A stretch of 64,000 nt of DNA from Deinococcales bacterium. GTDB lineage: Bacteria > Deinococcota > Deinococci > Deinococcales > JAAFIG01. This document shows, piece by piece, positions 1-9,929 of this stretch. Position 1 is the first letter of the stretch; each line of letters begins with the position of its first letter. A model generated the notes under the pieces. That model did not search any database, was not told where the DNA came from, and saw nothing but the letters and a program-made list of their open reading frames with translations. A program made the position numbers and the translations under genes. The stretch spans positions 1-64,000 of the forward strand of contig JANNVX010000004.1 in NCBI GenBank assembly GCA_031414595.1, read 5' to 3'.

Positions 1-137
1 TTATGCCACTAAACGAAAAGTCGCAGATGACTTCAAGGATTCGATGCGTATTGTGTTTGATAAGGTCATGCCGCAATGGAATTATGTGGCTAAACCGACT
101 TGAGGTGTAAATCGGGAAGTTATTTACGGACAAATCC
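1..137 (+). mobile_element. Right end of an ISAzo13-family-like insertion sequence (transposase C-terminus at 2-103 plus terminal repeat region)
   Basis: Frame 2 reads YATKRKVADDFKDSMRIVFDKVMPQWNYVAKPT*, matching the remembered ISAzo13 transposase C-terminal pattern (..WNY...P). It is followed by AAGTTATTTACGGACAAATCC, resembling that family's terminal IR. Truncated by the window edge. Confidence 0.7.
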
Positions 138-148
138 TAAACAACAAG

Positions 149-170
149 AATCCTCGCTATAGCGGGGATT
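149..170 (-). terminator. Probable intrinsic terminator hairpin after the GH32 gene
   Basis: AATCCTCGCT-AT-AGCGGGGATT stem immediately after the stop at 171. Confidence 0.6.
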
Positions 171-1607
171 CTATGATTTCTCCCAAATCGAGCGCATTTG
201 CCAAGCCTCAAAAGATTCCAAAACTGCTTGACCGCCCTCAGCCAAAGCCAAAACGCCTAGACTGTCCGACCGACAGGGATAAATCCGTGTACTGATTGAG
301 CGCCCATGTGCAAAGACTTCTAGGGTACTGGCATCCAAAAACAGGCGCAACTCGAGGCTACCTGTGAAGTCCAGCTTGATGCTTTTTTGGTCATGGGCTG
401 TCTCTGGATTCAGGCTAGAATCCGAACGGTTTATACTCAGTTGGCGGCTTAGTACATCATAAACAATGCGGGTTTCTTCTAAGCCGTCTGGACTGGCACG
501 AACAATCAGTCCAACCCGCAAGGCATTCATTAGGTTAAATACAGCCCGAATCTCGAGTGCAGTACCAAAAACATCGAGTGCTTTGCGTCCCTCGAGTAAC
601 AGATTGTGCTGTTTCCAGCCTTGACCGCGTAAAATCTCGAGTTCTGGCGCGGGCGTTTGCTCGAGAAGACCGTTTTTGCCCAAATGAAGCACCCGAGGGA
701 GGCTCATTACGCCAGACCAGCCCGCCTCGAGTTGCCTTGGAATGGGGCGGGTTTCGGGCATCCAACCAATCATCATCCAGCGCCCATTGGGTTCTTGAAA
801 TGACTGAGCCGCATAAAAAGCATCGCCAGCATCAAGTTCATGTCCGCCTGAAATCTCAAAGTGTTCTGCCTTATAAATTCCCGAAAGTGCAACCACGCCG
901 TACCCACGTCGTTCAAACCACCTCGAGATGGTCAGGGCGTGACCGTTTTCAAAGCACATCAGTTGCGGGCATTCCCAAACAGAACCCGTCCAAATGGGGT
1001 CATGTGACTTGGCATCGTGCGAAGCCAGTACCCCCAGATACGTCCAGTGCTTGAGGTCACTCGAGGTATACGACAGCACCGCCCCGCCTCGTTTTGGGTC
1101 TCTAAAACCAGCCCCGATGTTCATACGCCAGCCGTCGGATTCACGCCAAACGATGGGGTCACGAAAGCCAATCAAATCTAAATCTTTGGGACTCTCGAGG
1201 ACACAACCGTGCTTTGTAAAATGCAGCCAATCTTCGGATTCAGCGAGGCAGATACTAATATCGCTAAAATCGGTCACTGGATCGTAATTTCTCGAGCCAG
1301 TGTATATCAGGCTTAGTTTCTGACCGTCCATCACGGCGTAGCCAGACCAACACCCCGATTCGTCCGGACCTGCTTCTGGCGCGAGGGCAATTGGTAAGTC
1401 CTGCCAATCAACCAAATTAGTAGAAACCGCGTGACCCCAATGGATATTGTTCCATTGGGCTTTGCTTGGATTGTGCTGGTAAAACATGTGGTACTCGAGT
1501 TTGCCGTTGCGTTCAAGGGCAATCAGTCCATTTGGGTCGTTCAACCAGCCTGTCGGTGCGGTGAAATGATACTGCGGACGGTCTGGGTCGGGGCTGCGAG
1601 CAACCAT
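171..1607 (-). CDS. Glycoside hydrolase family 32 (beta-fructofuranosidase / sucrose hydrolase)
   Basis: Catalytic motifs WLNDPNG, FRDP and WECP, plus C-terminal beta-sandwich (LFLDASTLEVF). Start moved to ATG 1607 because the ORF-track start overlaps the upstream permease. Confidence 0.93.
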   Translation of the reverse strand: MVARSPDPDRPQYHFTAPTGWLNDPNGLIALERNGKLEYHMFYQHNPSKAQWNNIHWGHAVSTNLVDWQDLPIALAPEAGPDESGCWSGYAVMDGQKLSLIYTGSRNYDPVTDFSDISICLAESEDWLHFTKHGCVLESPKDLDLIGFRDPIVWRESDGWRMNIGAGFRDPKRGGAVLSYTSSDLKHWTYLGVLASHDAKSHDPIWTGSVWECPQLMCFENGHALTISRWFERRGYGVVALSGIYKAEHFEISGGHELDAGDAFYAAQSFQEPNGRWMMIGWMPETRPIPRQLEAGWSGVMSLPRVLHLGKNGLLEQTPAPELEILRGQGWKQHNLLLEGRKALDVFGTALEIRAVFNLMNALRVGLIVRASPDGLEETRIVYDVLSRQLSINRSDSSLNPETAHDQKSIKLDFTGSLELRLFLDASTLEVFAHGRSISTRIYPCRSDSLGVLALAEGGQAVLESFEAWQMRSIWEKS

Positions 1608-1609
1608 AC

Positions 1610-2509
1610 TTAACCTTTCACGCCGCTCGAGACGGCACTGCGAACAAAATAACGCTGGAAAATCAGAAACATAATCAGGGTTGGTAGCGATGTCATGACG
1701 GTAAACGCCATGATTTGCCCCCACTGCCTTGGCGCTTGCCCAAAAAAAGTCTGCATCGCTAGGGGTAAAGTAAAAAGGTCTGGCTGCTGTAAAATCATTA
1801 CGGGCCACAATAAATTGCCCCACTGTCCTAAAAACTGCGAAACAGCTACCGTCGCAAAAACCGGACCAGAAAGCGGCAGTACGATATTCCAGTAAATCCG
1901 AAAGCGGCTTGCGCCGTCCATTGTGGCGGCTTCCTCGAGTTCTTTGGGCAGACCGATAAAAAACTGGTAAAATAAATAAATACTAAAAGCATGGGCGATA
2001 AACGGGATAATCAGTCCAACATAGGTGTTGGCTAACTTAAACTGGTAGGTAATCAGCATCAGTGGAATTGCTACAGCTTGAAACGGAATAATAATCAGTG
2101 AAACAACCATAATAATTAAGGCATTTCGACCAAAAAACCGCATTCGAGCCAGTGCATATGCAAAACTCGAGTTGACCACCAAGCCAATAATCACAATAAA
2201 ACCCGTGACAATGCCAGAGTTGAGAAAAATTCGCCAAAAATCGGCTGTTCCAGCACTGGCATTAAACCTCGAGAAGACACCCTCGAAATTTTGTACCCCC
2301 ATGTTCGAGTTCGGCAGGAAAGCGGCGATACTATTAAGGTCACGCATCAATTGGCTTTCGTCGTTCTTGAAGGCGCTCATGAACATAAAAATGAGAGGGA
2401 AAAGAAAAAAGAAGGCGAGAAAAACCAAGACCGCATAGCTCAGGATATTAAAAATCAGTTTGCGTCTTGAAAGGCTTTCTTTAGAGGTCGGAATGGTATC
2501 GGTTTTCAT
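1610..2509 (-). CDS. Carbohydrate ABC transporter permease (MalG-like)
   Basis: EAA loop LPKELEEAATMDGAS and multiple TM helices. Confidence 0.93.
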   Translation of the reverse strand: MKTDTIPTSKESLSRRKLIFNILSYAVLVFLAFFFLFPLIFMFMSAFKNDESQLMRDLNSIAAFLPNSNMGVQNFEGVFSRFNASAGTADFWRIFLNSGIVTGFIVIIGLVVNSSFAYALARMRFFGRNALIIMVVSLIIIPFQAVAIPLMLITYQFKLANTYVGLIIPFIAHAFSIYLFYQFFIGLPKELEEAATMDGASRFRIYWNIVLPLSGPVFATVAVSQFLGQWGNLLWPVMILQQPDLFTLPLAMQTFFGQAPRQWGQIMAFTVMTSLPTLIMFLIFQRYFVRSAVSSGVKG

Positions 2510-3423
2510 TGGATTGCCCTTTCTTCTGGTAGGAGCTTGCGCTGGATTAAAGAAATCAAAAAAACAATCAAGAAAAAGACCACACTGATGGCACTGGCAA
2601 AACCTATTTTTTGTTGTTGAAAGCCGTCTTGCACCATTTTTATCACCAAGGTTAGGGTGCTGTCTTGCGGTCCGCCTCGAGTCATAATCCAGTTTTGGTC
2701 AAACAGTTGAAAAGCAAAAATCGTGGTTGTTACCACCACAAAAATCAAAGTGTTGCGAAGGCTTGGCAGGGTGATTTTCCAGAATTGTTGAACTGGTGTC
2801 GCCCCGTCAATACTGGCGGCTTCGTACATGTCTATCGAAATGGCTTGTAGCCCCGCTAAGAAAATCAGCATTTGATAGCCAGCACCCTGCCAAATGGACA
2901 AAAGCATAATGGCTGGAAAAGCAGTTGCGGCGTTGTCCAGCCATGCCACTTCTTTGATCGTACCAAAGGTGATCGAACTGACAAAAGCGTTCATCAAGCC
3001 TTGTGGACTGTTATAAATCAGACTCCAAATGACGGCAACCACAACCATCACGGTCGCCACTGGAACAAAGTAAATTGTACGAAAAACATTGACCCCGGGC
3101 AGTTTTTGATTGACCAGAAGCGCCATCCCAAGCGACAGACTGGTTTGGACTGGAACAACCACCAGTGCAAACAATAGGTTGTTAAACGCAGCCCGTAGAA
3201 ACGAGGCATCCTCGAGCATCCGCCCATAGTTTCTAAGACCGATAAACTCAGTTGGAACATTGACATTTGGGATTAAGCGCTGATTTGTAAACGACAATCC
3301 AAACGCCATTAGAAATGGCAAAATCAAAAATACACCAAGTAAAGCAAAAGCAGGGGCAGACATCAGCCAAGCAGTGATGTTATCTTCGCGGCTGGCGCGG
3401 TTCGGTTGGTTGCGGGCGCTCAT
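2506..3423 (-). CDS. Carbohydrate ABC transporter permease (MalF-like)
   Basis: EAA loop MYEAASIDGAT; GGAGG RBS; 4-nt overlap with the next gene. Confidence 0.93.
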   Translation of the reverse strand: MSARNQPNRASREDNITAWLMSAPAFALLGVFLILPFLMAFGLSFTNQRLIPNVNVPTEFIGLRNYGRMLEDASFLRAAFNNLLFALVVVPVQTSLSLGMALLVNQKLPGVNVFRTIYFVPVATVMVVVAVIWSLIYNSPQGLMNAFVSSITFGTIKEVAWLDNAATAFPAIMLLSIWQGAGYQMLIFLAGLQAISIDMYEAASIDGATPVQQFWKITLPSLRNTLIFVVVTTTIFAFQLFDQNWIMTRGGPQDSTLTLVIKMVQDGFQQQKIGFASAISVVFFLIVFLISLIQRKLLPEERAIQ

Positions 3424-3450
3424 AAAACCTCCCTTGTGTGCAGATGTCTC

Positions 3451-3497
3451 GAGACACCGCTTTGGACGAGGTTTATTCGTCTTTTGAACGGTGTCTC
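3451..3497 (-). other. Long intergenic hairpin between the binding-protein and permease genes (mRNA stabiliser or partial terminator)
   Basis: GAGACACCG...CGGTGTCTC outer stem with an inner GACGA/TCGTC stem, a common position in ABC operons. Confidence 0.5.
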
Positions 3498-3534
3498 TTT
3501 TTTTAGAGGAGTAGTGAAAAATCAGAGGCTGGAC

Positions 3535-4812
3535 TCACTTGACAGGGTAGCCGTTGTTATCCTTGATGTCTTGGTCAATCACCTTGACGGCTTTTTCAAG
3601 TTCTGCTTTGATGTCGCTGCCTTTGGCAATGTTATCGGCTGCGTCATTGAACGCCACGGCAATTGTTGGGAAGGCGGGTGTAATCGGACGCTCGAGACTG
3701 ACTCCGGCGTTCAGTTGGTCAGCATAAAGTTTTAGTGGACCACCGACGGCATAGTTTTTACTTTTTGCTAGTGCGGTCTTACGGCTTGGGACTGCGCCGT
3801 TTGCGTTGGTCATGGTCAATACCGATTGGGTGCTGACCAAATCAAGCAGTACCTTGGCGGCAGCATCTGGTACTTTGCAGTCGGTGGTCATGCCAAAATT
3901 CCATGAGCCAGAACCAGTCACAACCCGTTTGCCAAATTTTGGCATTGGAATCAGCACCAAGTCCTTGCCAAGTGCCTTGCTGTAATCGGGGTAAACCCAG
4001 TGACCAACTAAGCTGATGGCAGATTTACCTTCGACAAAATCGGTATCTGATTTTGTACCAACATTGGCGTATTTTTGCGATAGGGTCTGAAAATACTTCA
4101 TCCCAGCAATGGCTGCCTCACCGTTAAGAACACCATTGGCGCTTTGGTAATCCTTACGGTTAATCAAATCTCCACCAAAGGACTGCATGATTGGCGCAAT
4201 ACCATAAATAAACCAACCCTTGCCATAGTTGAATTTCATGTCCAACGGGTACTTCAAACCACCTTTTTGCAAAGTCTCGAGGGCGGCTAAGAACTGAACA
4301 CCTGTCCAGGCTTGGGTGACTCGAGTAGGAATGCTGATTCCAGCAGCAGCAAGCAGTTTTTTATTGCCCCATATCGCTAGACCAGACTCGAACTGCCCAA
4401 GGCTGTAGAGCTTACCGTTGTATGTGCCTTGCCTAATGATTGAAGCCACAAAATCCTTGCGGGTGGAAGCATCCACGTATTTATCAATCGGCAAGAGTTT
4501 ACCGCTCCAAGCGTAGTTGTAAAGGTTAGGACCGTCAAAGTCGAGAACACAAGGCAGTGTGCCAGCCAAAGCCGCCGCATTGACCTGATCGTTGTAGCTA
4601 CCTTCGGGCAACTGTACCGCTTCTATGACAGTATCTTTACTTTTTTCGTTAAACGAATTGATGATTGTATTCAAAGCATCACGCTCTGAACCCTGACCAG
4701 AGTGAAACCACAAAGACACTTTGGTTTTGCTGCCTTGGGCGGCGACTGTTGCGGCAGCAACCAACGCTCCTGTTAGCACGACACTGGCGGCGAAAACAAC
4801 TTTCATATTCAT
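3535..4812 (-). CDS. Sugar ABC transporter substrate-binding protein
   Basis: Signal peptide, family-1 SBP features (LDFDGP..YNYAW), GGAGG RBS. Confidence 0.92.
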   Translation of the reverse strand: MNMKVVFAASVVLTGALVAAATVAAQGSKTKVSLWFHSGQGSERDALNTIINSFNEKSKDTVIEAVQLPEGSYNDQVNAAALAGTLPCVLDFDGPNLYNYAWSGKLLPIDKYVDASTRKDFVASIIRQGTYNGKLYSLGQFESGLAIWGNKKLLAAAGISIPTRVTQAWTGVQFLAALETLQKGGLKYPLDMKFNYGKGWFIYGIAPIMQSFGGDLINRKDYQSANGVLNGEAAIAGMKYFQTLSQKYANVGTKSDTDFVEGKSAISLVGHWVYPDYSKALGKDLVLIPMPKFGKRVVTGSGSWNFGMTTDCKVPDAAAKVLLDLVSTQSVLTMTNANGAVPSRKTALAKSKNYAVGGPLKLYADQLNAGVSLERPITPAFPTIAVAFNDAADNIAKGSDIKAELEKAVKVIDQDIKDNNGYPVK

Positions 4813-4898
4813 ACGAACCTCCTAATTCTGGTGAAGCCTGAAAGAACAAACGTTTACCCAGACCACACCTGCCAATTGGTCTATAGGAAAATTAGTTT

Positions 4899-4912
4899 CG
4901 TAAACGTTTCCG
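4899..4912. promoter_or_regulatory. LacI-family operator overlapping the ABC operon transcription start
   Basis: CGTAAACGTTTCCG with an AAACGTTT core; a related site CAAACGTTTAC lies at 4847-4857. Confidence 0.75.
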
Positions 4913-4916
4913 CAAC

Positions 4917-4945
4917 AATGTAAGCCCTCGAGATGCGATTGTCAA
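4917..4945 (-). promoter_or_regulatory. Sigma70-type promoter of the ABC/GH32 operon
   Basis: Minus strand TTGACA-17 bp-TACATT. Confidence 0.75.
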
Positions 4946-5099
4946 GTACCCTAAATTTATCAATAAAATACAGAATTGATTCGCAAATAAGTTTTGATTG
5001 CACTAATAATATCGCAGTTTAAGACGTGTTAAACGAATTTAATTGATACACTGTACCTTAGAGTAAGACATCCGTATGACTTTTTACGCTGCTCGAGAT

Positions 5100-5148
5100 T
5101 TGACAACTTCAAGCCTTGTTGTATAATAAATTTCGTAAACCTTTACGA
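5100..5148 (+). promoter_or_regulatory. Promoter and autoregulatory operator of the LacI gene
   Basis: TTGACA(5100)-16 bp-TATAAT(5122), followed by the near-palindrome TCGTAAACCTTTACGA (5133-5148). Confidence 0.75.
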
Positions 5149-5252
5149 GGCATTGCTAAGACCAAGTTCTACTCGAGTCCATCTCGGATTTTGTGGCTTA
5201 ATCTGTTAATCTCTTTTAAGTTGAAATGAACCTGATGCAAAAAGTGAATCCC

Positions 5253-6263
5253 ATGCAGAAACTAACCATCACCGAAATTGCACAACTTGCAGGAGTCTCG
5301 ATAGGGACAGTCTCGAGAGCCTTAAACGGACGCTCGGGGATTAGCCAAGCGACAAAAACGGCAATCATGGAGATTGTCAAAAAGACGGGTTACGCGCCCA
5401 ACGTTAGCGCTAGGCGTTTGGTTCAAGGCACACGGCAACTGGTTGGGGTCGCCCCATTTTCGCAAGTCACGGCTCGCAGCCCGTACTATGCCTATTTATT
5501 GGACGGCATTCAGGAACGCCTTTACGAAAAAGGTTTTGTGGCTCGTGTTTTAGACCCCAGCGATAGCAAGGCTTTGCGCGAATGTTCGGGTTTTATTGTG
5601 CCTGGAATGTACCTCAATGACCCAAGGGTCAATGCCTTACAAAAGCGTGGTGTACCTGTGGTGGTGGTCGGGCGCTCCGATGGCAATGTTTCATGGGTTG
5701 ATGCCGACAGTGACGATGGCATCCGTTTAGCGATGGAACACCTGATTAAACTTGGGCATCAAAAAATCGCCCATTTAACAGGCTCACCGATAGGTCAATC
5801 TACACAAGTTCGGCTCGAGCGATACCGCCAGAGTCTCGAGGCAGCAAATCTTAAATTCGAGCCTAGCCTAGTCTTTGACGGAGGATTCACCGATTTAGGG
5901 GCATATCGGGCAATTCGGGAAGGGCTTGAACGCTCGCTCGAGTTGCCATTTACGGCAATTAACGCCGCCAGTGATGAAATGGCAATCGGTGCAATTCTGG
6001 CAATGACCGACCTAGGCTTGCAAGTACCCCGTGACATCTCGGTGACAGGCTTTGATGACCTACCTCTAGCCTTGCTGTCTAATCCGCCACTAACCACGGT
6101 ACGTCAACCTATTCATGAAGCTGGTCACTTGGCAGCCGATTTACTGCTTAAGCAATTCGAGGGGCAAAGCCCACAGCAGTTAATTTTGCCGGTAGAACTG
6201 ATTGTGCGTTCTTCAAGCGGTCCATTGGTAGACCACCGCGTCAAAACCCGACCTGTTGTCTAA
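5253..6263 (+). CDS. LacI-family transcriptional regulator
   Basis: HTH TITEIAQLAGVSIGTVSRALNG; sugar-binding domain VPRDISVTGFDD...PPLTTVRQP. In-frame ATGs also exist at 5226 and 5235. Confidence 0.95.
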   Translation: MQKLTITEIAQLAGVSIGTVSRALNGRSGISQATKTAIMEIVKKTGYAPNVSARRLVQGTRQLVGVAPFSQVTARSPYYAYLLDGIQERLYEKGFVARVLDPSDSKALRECSGFIVPGMYLNDPRVNALQKRGVPVVVVGRSDGNVSWVDADSDDGIRLAMEHLIKLGHQKIAHLTGSPIGQSTQVRLERYRQSLEAANLKFEPSLVFDGGFTDLGAYRAIREGLERSLELPFTAINAASDEMAIGAILAMTDLGLQVPRDISVTGFDDLPLALLSNPPLTTVRQPIHEAGHLAADLLLKQFEGQSPQQLILPVELIVRSSSGPLVDHRVKTRPVV

Positions 6264-6304
6264 CACCAATCTCTCGAGCCACCTATTCTTTATTTCTGTT
6301 ATCT

Positions 6305-6331
6305 AAAAAACCCCGCCTAGGCGGGGTTTTT
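6305..6331. terminator. Bidirectional intrinsic terminator
   Basis: AAAAAACCCCGCC-TA-GGCGGGGTTTTT between convergent genes. Confidence 0.9.
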
Positions 6332-6354
6332 ACTTATAGCTCAAGACTCAAAGC

Positions 6355-8100
6355 TTATCTATTCCAGCTAAAGCCTTCTTTGCCATAACTGCGTAATCTA
6401 TTGCCATCAGCTAAAGAGTACCCATAACTGACTTGGGTACGTGAAGTGTACGACTCGAGCCAATCACCAAAAGCGGTGACTAAGCTGCTTGGTACGTCCT
6501 TCTCGAGTTCAAAGGCTTTTAAGAGGGCATTCAGCCCAGCATCAATTTCGCTGCGAGGGGTGCGAATTGGGGCAGTAAAGGACAAACCGTTAATTCGACT
6601 TGGAAAAACAATGGCTTTGAATAAGGGGTTATCAAGCAGAGGGGCAGCCGCTAAGTTCATCTCGAGCTTGGCTTTGTTGGCACTAATGATAATCGTGTTG
6701 TTTTTATTGACGATGTACACGGCTTCGCTGACCATACCCTCACTGCTGGTTCGCTTGTACTCGAGGGTATCAAATCCACCGAGTTTAATGCGTTCTAAAG
6801 TGGTGGTGTAGGTTGGTTCGACTGGTTCAGGATTCTGTACAGGTGGGGTTGGGGCAGTGGTTGCTGGGGTGGCTGGGCTAACTGTAGCTGGTTTGACTGG
6901 TTCTTCGACGGGTTTGTTCATTTCGGTTCTGATGGCGGTCTCGAGGTCGGTTAAGACCAATGCACCATCTTTGGCATTGTTGTAGTACACCGAGTCTGTG
7001 CTGGGGCTAAGCAGTGAACCTAAACCGCTCAAAGCCGAACCAAGTCCAGCCGTGGTCAGTAAGGTTTCTGGACTGATGCTGTTGCTGCCACCAACCACTG
7101 CCCATTCGTTGCCAAGGCGGTCTTTGAGACGAGCAAAGGCACTGAGTAAATCTTTTTGCTCACTTACACTAAACTCGAGGTCTGGCAACCAAGCCCCGAT
7201 ATAATCTAGCCAACCACTGGTGTCGGTGGCAAGTACCGCCGCACTTGGCGCAGTGATGGGCAATTGCTTCAGTAACTCGAGACTGCTTGGGGTGTAGGTC
7301 AGTAATTTTAGTAAAGCAGCATCGCCACCATTTGGGTTCAGTTGGGTGGTGCTTCTGGTTTCCATGCCGTCGGTCACAATACTCGAGGCACTAGCCGTCA
7401 GATTCAAGGTTTTTAAGGTGTTGATAAAGCGCTTTGGGACATCTTTGTCTCGAGCTAATAACTGCGAAACACTGGTTAAGTTAATCATTTGCTTCAAAAA
7501 ACCGTCGCCCGTGTTCTGCAAGGCGGTCACATAATTGATATTATTGACCAGCACTGGTAAAACCTGACCATTGACCCGACGCAAGTACGAGCGCAATAAA
7601 TCGGCATTGGTGGATAAATAGAGTAAATTATTGCCGACACCCAAGGCAATACCATCGTTTAATGCCAGAAAATTACCTTCACGGATGCGTTGAGCGGGTT
7701 TGAGATTACGAATTTCATCATTAAAGAGTTTGCTTAAACTGTTTACGATTGGATTACCAGAGGTTAAACGCACCGAAACCAGCACTTGAGGTTGGTTCTG
7801 CACGGTGTATGCGCCAATGGCGATGTCTTTAATCGAGGCAATCATGGTGCGAACTGTGATGTCTCGTAAAGCCCCCGGAATTTCTTCGCCCAGTTCGCTT
7901 TTTAGGGCATCATTTAAGAGAACCCCTAAAAACTTCTGGGTATCCTCACCAAAAGAGCCTGTGGCTTTGACCGATTCCTGCAAATCCTTGGCTTCAAAAA
8001 CCGCCAATGGGAAATCTGGGAAATACCGAGTTAGTGGCGTAGCCAAGGCACTCGAGGAAAGTGCAAGCAGAGAAGCTGTGAGATATAAATGTTTTTTCAC
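6355..8100 (-). CDS. Secreted hypothetical protein with a Pro/Thr-rich insert (possibly DUF3352-like)
   Basis: Signal peptide (VKKHLYLTASLLALSSSALA); leaderless TATAGT box 6 nt before GTG 8100. Confidence 0.7.
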   Translation of the reverse strand: MKKHLYLTASLLALSSSALATPLTRYFPDFPLAVFEAKDLQESVKATGSFGEDTQKFLGVLLNDALKSELGEEIPGALRDITVRTMIASIKDIAIGAYTVQNQPQVLVSVRLTSGNPIVNSLSKLFNDEIRNLKPAQRIREGNFLALNDGIALGVGNNLLYLSTNADLLRSYLRRVNGQVLPVLVNNINYVTALQNTGDGFLKQMINLTSVSQLLARDKDVPKRFINTLKTLNLTASASSIVTDGMETRSTTQLNPNGGDAALLKLLTYTPSSLELLKQLPITAPSAAVLATDTSGWLDYIGAWLPDLEFSVSEQKDLLSAFARLKDRLGNEWAVVGGSNSISPETLLTTAGLGSALSGLGSLLSPSTDSVYYNNAKDGALVLTDLETAIRTEMNKPVEEPVKPATVSPATPATTAPTPPVQNPEPVEPTYTTTLERIKLGGFDTLEYKRTSSEGMVSEAVYIVNKNNTIIISANKAKLEMNLAAAPLLDNPLFKAIVFPSRINGLSFTAPIRTPRSEIDAGLNALLKAFELEKDVPSSLVTAFGDWLESYTSRTQVSYGYSLADGNRLRSYGKEGFSWNR

Positions 8101-8142
8101 AAAAAAACTATAGCACCAAGTCAAAAAACCTTTGTCTCATCT

Positions 8143-9213
8143 TCAACAAAGACTGTTCACCAAGCGTTCAAGCGCCGTTAAACCGACCATTAAACTGCTT
8201 GATTCGACCCATTCGTCCAAACGGTGTGCGTTGCCACCAATGTAGACCCCAAAGCCAATCGAAGGAATATTATAAGGCACAGCCGCATTTGCATCGGTGC
8301 TGCTGGCAACGCCTCGGGACTGAATTCCTAAACCCTCGAGAACTTCGGTTGCCGCCTGCATTAAAAAACCATTTTGGGTTATACCAGCCGGTCTATCGCC
8401 CACCAACTCGAGATGATGCTCTACTTTGGCGCGTTTTGCGCCTCGCTGCACTGCAAAACGGGCTTCTTTATCGAGTTGTTCTAAGGTACGCGAATCTAAA
8501 CTGCGTAAATCGAGTAAAAACTCGGCACTGGCAGCAATACTATTGACACTGACCCCACCCGAAACCGTACCAACACTGAGGGTACTGCGCGGCTCGAGCG
8601 GCACAGCAATTTTATAGAGTTCGTGAATTGCCTCGGCTAAGCCGTGAATACTCGAGGGATTGCCCGCATTGCCCCAAGAATGCCCCCCTTCGCTCGAGAA
8701 ACCAACACGGTAACGCCGTACTCCCACAGCTTGATTAACCAGTAAACCGACATAGCCATCCACGGCGATAAAGGCATCAATGTCGTCTTTGTGTTGCGCT
8801 AGAAAATGCTTTGCGCCGCGTAAATCACCTAAGCCTTCTTCGCCAGTGCTTGCCACCAACCACAATTCGCAGGGTGCGCCGTTTTGTGCCACAAGTTGGG
8901 CGTAGGCGGTCAGCACCGTCAAACTGGCGGCATTGTCACCAATTCCAGCCCCAATAATCCGTTTGCCATCGTGCCGCATCTCGAGATTGGTACTGGCATC
9001 AAAAACCGTATCCAAATGGGCTGCCAAAGCTAAGCGCCGCCCTCCCGAACCGACTTTGGCAATTACATTTCCAGCCGCATCAATGTGCGGCTCGAGACCA
9101 AAACTTGCCCAACGCGAGGCAATTAAACTGGCGCGTTGACCCTCGCTAAAGGTTGGCGCGGGGGTCTGAGCAATCTCGAGAAGTAATTTAGTAAGTGATT
9201 CAGTGGACGACAT
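8143..9213 (-). CDS. M20/M25/M40 family metallopeptidase
   Basis: AHLDTV, GIGDN, GEEGLG, GGHS and NAHRLDEW motifs. Confidence 0.9.
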   Translation of the reverse strand: MSSTESLTKLLLEIAQTPAPTFSEGQRASLIASRWASFGLEPHIDAAGNVIAKVGSGGRRLALAAHLDTVFDASTNLEMRHDGKRIIGAGIGDNAASLTVLTAYAQLVAQNGAPCELWLVASTGEEGLGDLRGAKHFLAQHKDDIDAFIAVDGYVGLLVNQAVGVRRYRVGFSSEGGHSWGNAGNPSSIHGLAEAIHELYKIAVPLEPRSTLSVGTVSGGVSVNSIAASAEFLLDLRSLDSRTLEQLDKEARFAVQRGAKRAKVEHHLELVGDRPAGITQNGFLMQAATEVLEGLGIQSRGVASSTDANAAVPYNIPSIGFGVYIGGNAHRLDEWVESSSLMVGLTALERLVNSLC

Positions 9214-9236
9214 GAGTCGGTAGTCTACCCTATAAC

Positions 9237-9812
9237 TCAACGAGCCAAACGCAACACGCCATCTAAACTTTCAAATAACTGATTGCCAAAGCGCTGGTCT
9301 TTAGATAATTTCCAAGTATTGCCAACTTTGACCAAAGAAATTTTAGCATCCTCGGTCATTCGAGCCACATTTGGGGCAGACATGGCTTTTTTGAACAACG
9401 CCAAGATTTCTTTTTGCATTTCTTGTTCCAATTTCTCACGGTTTTGACTGTTTGCACCGAGCATCAGTTTCTTAAGCATGGCTTTGAATTCTTGATCCAA
9501 GTTCTTCATCGCGGCTTGAACATTCACAAAACTGAGTTTGATATTAACCACAGCTTCATTTCCCTTGACTTCACTCGAGCCGAGCGTCGTTTGTAACTGC
9601 CCAAACATGGCTTTGATCATTTCTTTGGCTTCGGGTTTCATACTCTTTAACTGGGTTAAGTTGGAATCGCCCTCCATATAGGTTTCAATTTTCTCAAAAT
9701 CAGCATTCTTCAAGGTATTAAAAAACCCATTGACAGCATCTTCAGGACGGCTTCCACCACCACAAGCCACCAGCGTAAATACAAACAACACCAATAAAAC
9801 AACCTTTTTCAT
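9237..9812 (-). CDS. Lipoprotein (DUF4878/NTF2-like)
   Basis: Lipobox LVAC; GGAGG RBS; P...V..F and C-terminal LVKVGNTWKL pattern. Confidence 0.75.
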   Translation of the reverse strand: MKKVVLLVLFVFTLVACGGGSRPEDAVNGFFNTLKNADFEKIETYMEGDSNLTQLKSMKPEAKEMIKAMFGQLQTTLGSSEVKGNEAVVNIKLSFVNVQAAMKNLDQEFKAMLKKLMLGANSQNREKLEQEMQKEILALFKKAMSAPNVARMTEDAKISLVKVGNTWKLSKDQRFGNQLFESLDGVLRLAR

Positions 9813-9929
9813 ATGCACCTCCAAAAACACTGTACACCTTGGGGTGTGATGTCAGCGTTATGTGAAAAAACTTAAAAAGGCTAGGTCACTGTCTATGCCA
9901 AATCAAGCGCTAACGTGTTAATTTTAATC

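Noticed and set aside
6840-6915. Pro/Thr/Ala-rich quasi-repeat in the secreted protein
   Set aside because: Low-complexity linker with no exact DNA periodicity
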